Origin: a virus
Taxonomy: Duplodnaviria; Heunggongvirae; Uroviricota; Caudoviricetes
Strand: one strand, 5' to 3'
Length of the DNA: 8,267 nt
IMG/VR virus record: IMGVR_UViG_2582580933_000007
Span: 1 to 8,267 of that record
Shown: piece by piece, positions 5,137 to 8,267 of the stretch
Layout: each line of letters begins with the position of its first letter
Position numbering within the stretch: the stretch's first letter is position 1
The notes under the pieces: model-generated
Seen by the model: the letters and a program-made list of their open reading frames with translations, nothing else
What the model was told of the DNA's origin: nothing
Database searches by the model: none
Position numbers and translations under genes: made by a program

Positions 5137-5380
5137 TTACAGATTTAACATGCTCTTTCTCATGATTGAAGCTCTCAGGGTTGAAAGTGCCCGGCTGAAG
5201 CGAGTCGATATAATCAACGAGATTCTTTCGTACCGTTTCATCTTTATTCATGGCAGATGCAAGGTATGAAATTGCTAACAATGTTATATCACTACGCGCC
5301 GCAGCATGCTGTAGTGTTTTATCAAAATCATTAATTTTCCGTATAAGAGAGTTAAGAGTTTCATTGACATCAAACCCCAT
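5105..5380 (-). CDS. Hypothetical protein (91 aa), antisense to the PL-like operon; likely moron
   Basis: Internal ATG 5380..5378 of the ORF-track frame 5105..5713, with strong SD AGGAGG (revcomp of 5386-5391) 5 nt upstream. Translation MGFDVNETLNSLIRKINDFDKTLQHAAARSDITLLAISYLASAMNKDETVRKNLVDYIDSLQPGTFNPESFNHEKEHVKSVINSLVLNQKN. The upstream 111 codons of the track ORF start at a TTG with no SD and are Arg/Pro/Cys-rich, so I treat them as non-coding. Confidence 0.5.
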   Translation of the reverse strand: MGFDVNETLNSLIRKINDFDKTLQHAAARSDITLLAISYLASAMNKDETVRKNLVDYIDSLQPGTFNPESFNHEKEHVKSVINSLVLNQKN

Positions 5381-5946
5381 TTCATCCTCCTGAGGGTTAG
5401 TAATTAAGGAGTTCTCCACGGGTGAGGTGGAGTGCGTGCGCCGGACACGGGTGAGCATCCGGCACTGACAGTTTACTGAAAGGATATCTCCCTGAAAAGT
5501 CAGGGCATAACGCGAAAGCGCACGGCGAAGTTGTTGGTTCATAGATAGCCTGTCGTTAAATTTTCGTCGACCGTGCGCTTCCGGTTGTGGCACTCCGCGA
5601 AATGGCGCGGCGGTAAGTATGGCGGGGTTATTCCTTCCCCGTTGAGGACACCGGGTTGTCAGGTTGACCATACGCTTAAGTGACAACCCCGCTGCAACGC
5701 CCTCTGTTATCAATTTTCTGGTGACGTTTGGCGGTATCAGTTTTACTCCGTGACTGCTCTGCCGCCCTTTTTAAAGTGAATTTTGTGATGTGGTGAATGC
5801 GGCTGAGCGCACGCGGAACAGTTAAAACCAAAAACAGTGTTATGGGTGGATTCTCTGTATCCGGCGTTAATTGTTAACTGGTTAACGTCACCTGGAGGCA
5901 CCAGGCACCGCATCAACAAAGTTCATTTGTAAAAATGGAGATAATT

Positions 5947-6168
5947 ATGATTGCTCATCACTTCGGAACTGATGAGATTCCTCGTCAGTGCGTGACTCCC
6001 GGTGATTATGTTATTCATAAAGGAAGAACATATATTGCTTCGGTAAACAACATTAAAAAACAACGGCTCTATATTCGTGATTTTTCCACACAACACTGTA
6101 TTAAGGAAACCATGATTAAAGTCTTCCTTGGTCGTGATGGTTTACCTGTAAAAGCAGAGTCATGGTGA
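5947..6168 (+). CDS. Hypothetical small protein (73 aa), AT-rich
   Basis: In frame with ORF-track 5935..6168. I prefer ATG 5947, which has SD GGAG (5937-5940) 6 nt upstream; the ATG at 5935 overlaps that SD. Translation [73 protein letters not shown]. Lies directly upstream of the exonuclease gene. Confidence 0.5.
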   Translation: MIAHHFGTDEIPRQCVTPGDYVIHKGRTYIASVNNIKKQRLYIRDFSTQHCIKETMIKVFLGRDGLPVKAESW

Positions 6169-6291
6169 GCAGTAATAAAATAACTGCCACAATACGACAT
6201 TCAGCTTAATGAATACATCAGATTTGATTCTTATATGCCAGCAATGGCAGGGATTTGTTCATCCTTAAATCTGTCATGAGGTTAAAACAAA

Positions 6292-8267
6292 ATGAGTAAA
6301 GTCTTTATTTGCGCCGCCATTCCGGACGAACAGGCAATAAAGGAAGAAGGTGCAGTTGCTGTAGCCACTGCCATTGAAGCCGGTGACGAACGCCGCGCCC
6401 GTGCCAAATTTACCTGGCAATTCCTGGAGCAATATCCGGCTGCTCAGGACTGCGCTTATAAATTTCTTGTCTGCGAGGATAAACCTGGCATACCCCGCCC
6501 TGCCCTCGATTCATGGGATGCTGAATATATGCAGGAAAACCGCTGGGATGAGGAGTCTGCTTCTTTTGTCCCGGTTGAGACGGAATCCGATCCGATGAAC
6601 GTCACTTTTGACAAGCTGGCCCCTGAAGTACAGAACGCTGTCATGGTTAAGTTCGACACATGTGAAAACATCACCGTTGATATGGTTATTAGCGCACAGG
6701 AATTGTTGCAGGAAGACATGGCAACATTCGACGGACATATCGTTGAAGCGTTGATGAAAATGCCAGATGTTAACGCCATGTATCCGGAGCTTAAGCTGCA
6801 TGCCATCGGGTGGGTTAAGCATAAATGTAAGCCTGGTGCCAAATGGCCCGAAATTCAGGCAGAGATGCGCATCTGGAAAAAACGTCGCGAAGGTGAACGC
6901 AAGGAAACCGGAAAATACACGTCTGTTGTTGATCTCGCCCGCGCCAGAACCAATCAACAGCACACTGAAAATTCAACAGGAAAAATCAGCCCGGTCATTG
7001 CTGCCATTCATCGCGAATACAAGCAGACATGGAAAACACTGGATGACGAACTGGCCTACGCTCTCTGGCCTGGTGATGTGGATGCCGGAAACATTGACGG
7101 CAGCATCCATCGCTGGGCAAAAAATGAAGTTATCGACAACGACCGCGAAGACTGGAAGCGTATCTCGGCATCAATGCGCAAACAGCCTGATGCCCTTCGC
7201 TACGACCGCCAGACTATTTTTGGCCTTGTCCGTGAACGTCCGATCGACATTCACAAAGACCCTGTGGCACTGAACAAATACATTACTGAATACCTGACTA
7301 CAAAGGGCGTGTTTGAAGATGAAGGAAGAAATCAGAGCGCAACTGATACTCTCTCGTCGCCAGTACCAGAAACTGATGCAGTGGAAACGGCAATTCCGGA
7401 CAACGAAAAAACCGAATGCAAAGTGGAAGTCGAACCATCTGTAGAGCGTGAGGGGCCGTTCTACTTCCTCTTCACCGACAAGGATGGCGAAAAATACGGT
7501 CGCGCAAACAAACTTTCTGGTCTGGATAAGGCACTGGCTGCCGGGGCTACTGAAATCACCAAAGAAGAATACGTCGCCCGAAAAAATGGCACATACACAG
7601 GCTTACCGCAAAATACCAATGCCGCACAAAACTCTGAACAACCAGAGCCGGTAAAAGTTAACACGGTCGAAACAAATAAAAAAATGGAGACAGAAAATCT
7701 GCCTGATGCAGACAAAGTGCTTGCTGCATCACGTGGTGAATTTGTTGAAGGAATTAGCGACCCGAATGATCCGAAGTGGGTTGAGGGGATCCAGACTCGC
7801 GATTCTGTGTACCAGAATCAGCAAGAAATGGAACAGAACGACCAGAAAGCGGAACAAAACAGCCCGGATGCGCAACAAAACGGGCCAGAAGTGCAACAGT
7901 CAGAGCCAACAGCACAACAGGAGACTGAAAAAAGCTGCAATACTTGCGGCCGGGCTGGCGGCGGAAAATGTCCGGACTGCGGGCCTGTTATGGGTAACAC
8001 AACATATCAGGAAACATTCGATGAAGAAAATCTGGCTGAAAAAGATTCGGAGAAAATGGAAAGCACTGCGCATTCTCGTAAGGAGAGCGCTGGTGACGCT
8101 CAGCATGGCAATAGCAGTGATGAAACTGGCGAGACGGCAAATCCCCTAATTACGGTGAACAGTCATCATAAATACATATCCACCAGCAACAGAATGTGGA
8201 CTCATATGATGATCGACCTGGAAACCATGGGAAAAAATCCTGATGCCCCGATCATCTCAATAGGTGC
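6292..8267 (+). CDS. RecE-like (exodeoxyribonuclease VIII family) prophage exonuclease; 5' end complete, 3' end beyond the window
   Basis: Stop-free frame from ATG 6292 to the window edge (at least 658 codons); absent from the ORF track because it has no in-window stop; in-frame TAA at 6283-6285 just upstream. Segment DADKVLAASRGEFVEGISDPNDPKWVEGIQTRDSVYQNQ matches a RecE linker segment as I recall it. Also contains a Q/E-rich quasi-repeat, a CxxC-x7-CxxC motif (7936-7980) and MMIDLETMG (8206-8232) resembling the Exo I motif of DEDD exonucleases. The ORF-track frames 6374..6598, 6456..6842, 6511..6963, 6767..7273, 7448..7654, 7461..7715, 7706..8149, 7818..8000 and 7900..8106 are shadows of this gene. 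Confidence 0.7.
   Translation, partial: MSKVFICAAIPDEQAIKEEGAVAVATAIEAGDERRARAKFTWQFLEQYPAAQDCAYKFLVCEDKPGIPRPALDSWDAEYMQENRWDEESASFVPVETESDPMNVTFDKLAPEVQNAVMVKFDTCENITVDMVISAQELLQEDMATFDGHIVEALMKMPDVNAMYPELKLHAIGWVKHKCKPGAKWPEIQAEMRIWKKRREGERKETGKYTSVVDLARARTNQQHTENSTGKISPVIAAIHREYKQTWKTLDDELAYALWPGDVDAGNIDGSIHRWAKNEVIDNDREDWKRISASMRKQPDALRYDRQTIFGLVRERPIDIHKDPVALNKYITEYLTTKGVFEDEGRNQSATDTLSSPVPETDAVETAIPDNEKTECKVEVEPSVEREGPFYFLFTDKDGEKYGRANKLSGLDKALAAGATEITKEEYVARKNGTYTGLPQNTNAAQNSEQPEPVKVNTVETNKKMETENLPDADKVLAASRGEFVEGISDPNDPKWVEGIQTRDSVYQNQQEMEQNDQKAEQNSPDAQQNGPEVQQSEPTAQQETEKSCNTCGRAGGGKCPDCGPVMGNTTYQETFDEENLAEKDSEKMESTAHSRKESAGDAQHGNSSDETGETANPLITVNSHHKYISTSNRMWTHMMIDLETMGKNPDAPIISIG

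Noticed and set aside
5381-5713. Upstream 111 codons of the minus-strand ORF 5105..5713 as real coding sequence
   Set aside because: It begins at a TTG without an SD, the strong SD AGGAGG precedes the internal ATG at 5380, and the extension is Arg/Pro/Cys-rich; kept only as a possible pseudogene remnant in the findings.
1-8267. Integrase, attachment site, tRNA, rRNA or IS element
   Set aside because: No tRNA-like or rRNA-like sequence, no terminal inverted repeats with a transposase ORF, and no integrase-like ORF were found; the prophage ends lie outside this window.

Overview
This window reads as the immunity/replication core of a Rac- or CP-933P-like lambdoid (probably cryptic) prophage of Escherichia coli or a close relative. 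All calls are from reading the sequence and the ORF track; no database search was possible. Minus strand (early-right operon): a Cro-like YdaS gene (2696-2998) coupled to a CII-like YdaT gene (2274-2699), a replisome-organizer (O-like) gene (1165-2202) carrying two internal CGTGAC iteron arrays, a lambda-P-like helicase-loader gene (711-1373), and a 5'-complete winged-helix gene that runs off the left edge (1-677). Plus strand: a cI/DicA-like repressor that appears leaderless (3096-3467), followed by a ParD-like antitoxin (3488-3679) and a ParE-family toxin (3681-3959). I recognise this trio as the described three-component PaaR2-PaaA2-ParE2 toxin-antitoxin system. It is bracketed by two copies of the same operator/promoter module (OR about 3009-3089, OL about 4030-4071). 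Downstream in the PL-like operon are two tiny YdaF/YdaG-like genes, two hypothetical genes, and a large RecE-like exonuclease ORF that runs off the right edge (6292-8267). The least explained stretch is 4800-6290: a convergent, 3'-overlapping pair of AT-rich genes, a roughly 550-bp hairpin-dense segment with no convincing ORF, and a 73-codon AT-rich ORF. That is where I would look for an accessory or undescribed function, but I cannot assign one from sequence alone. No tRNA, rRNA, CRISPR array, IS element or integrase was seen.
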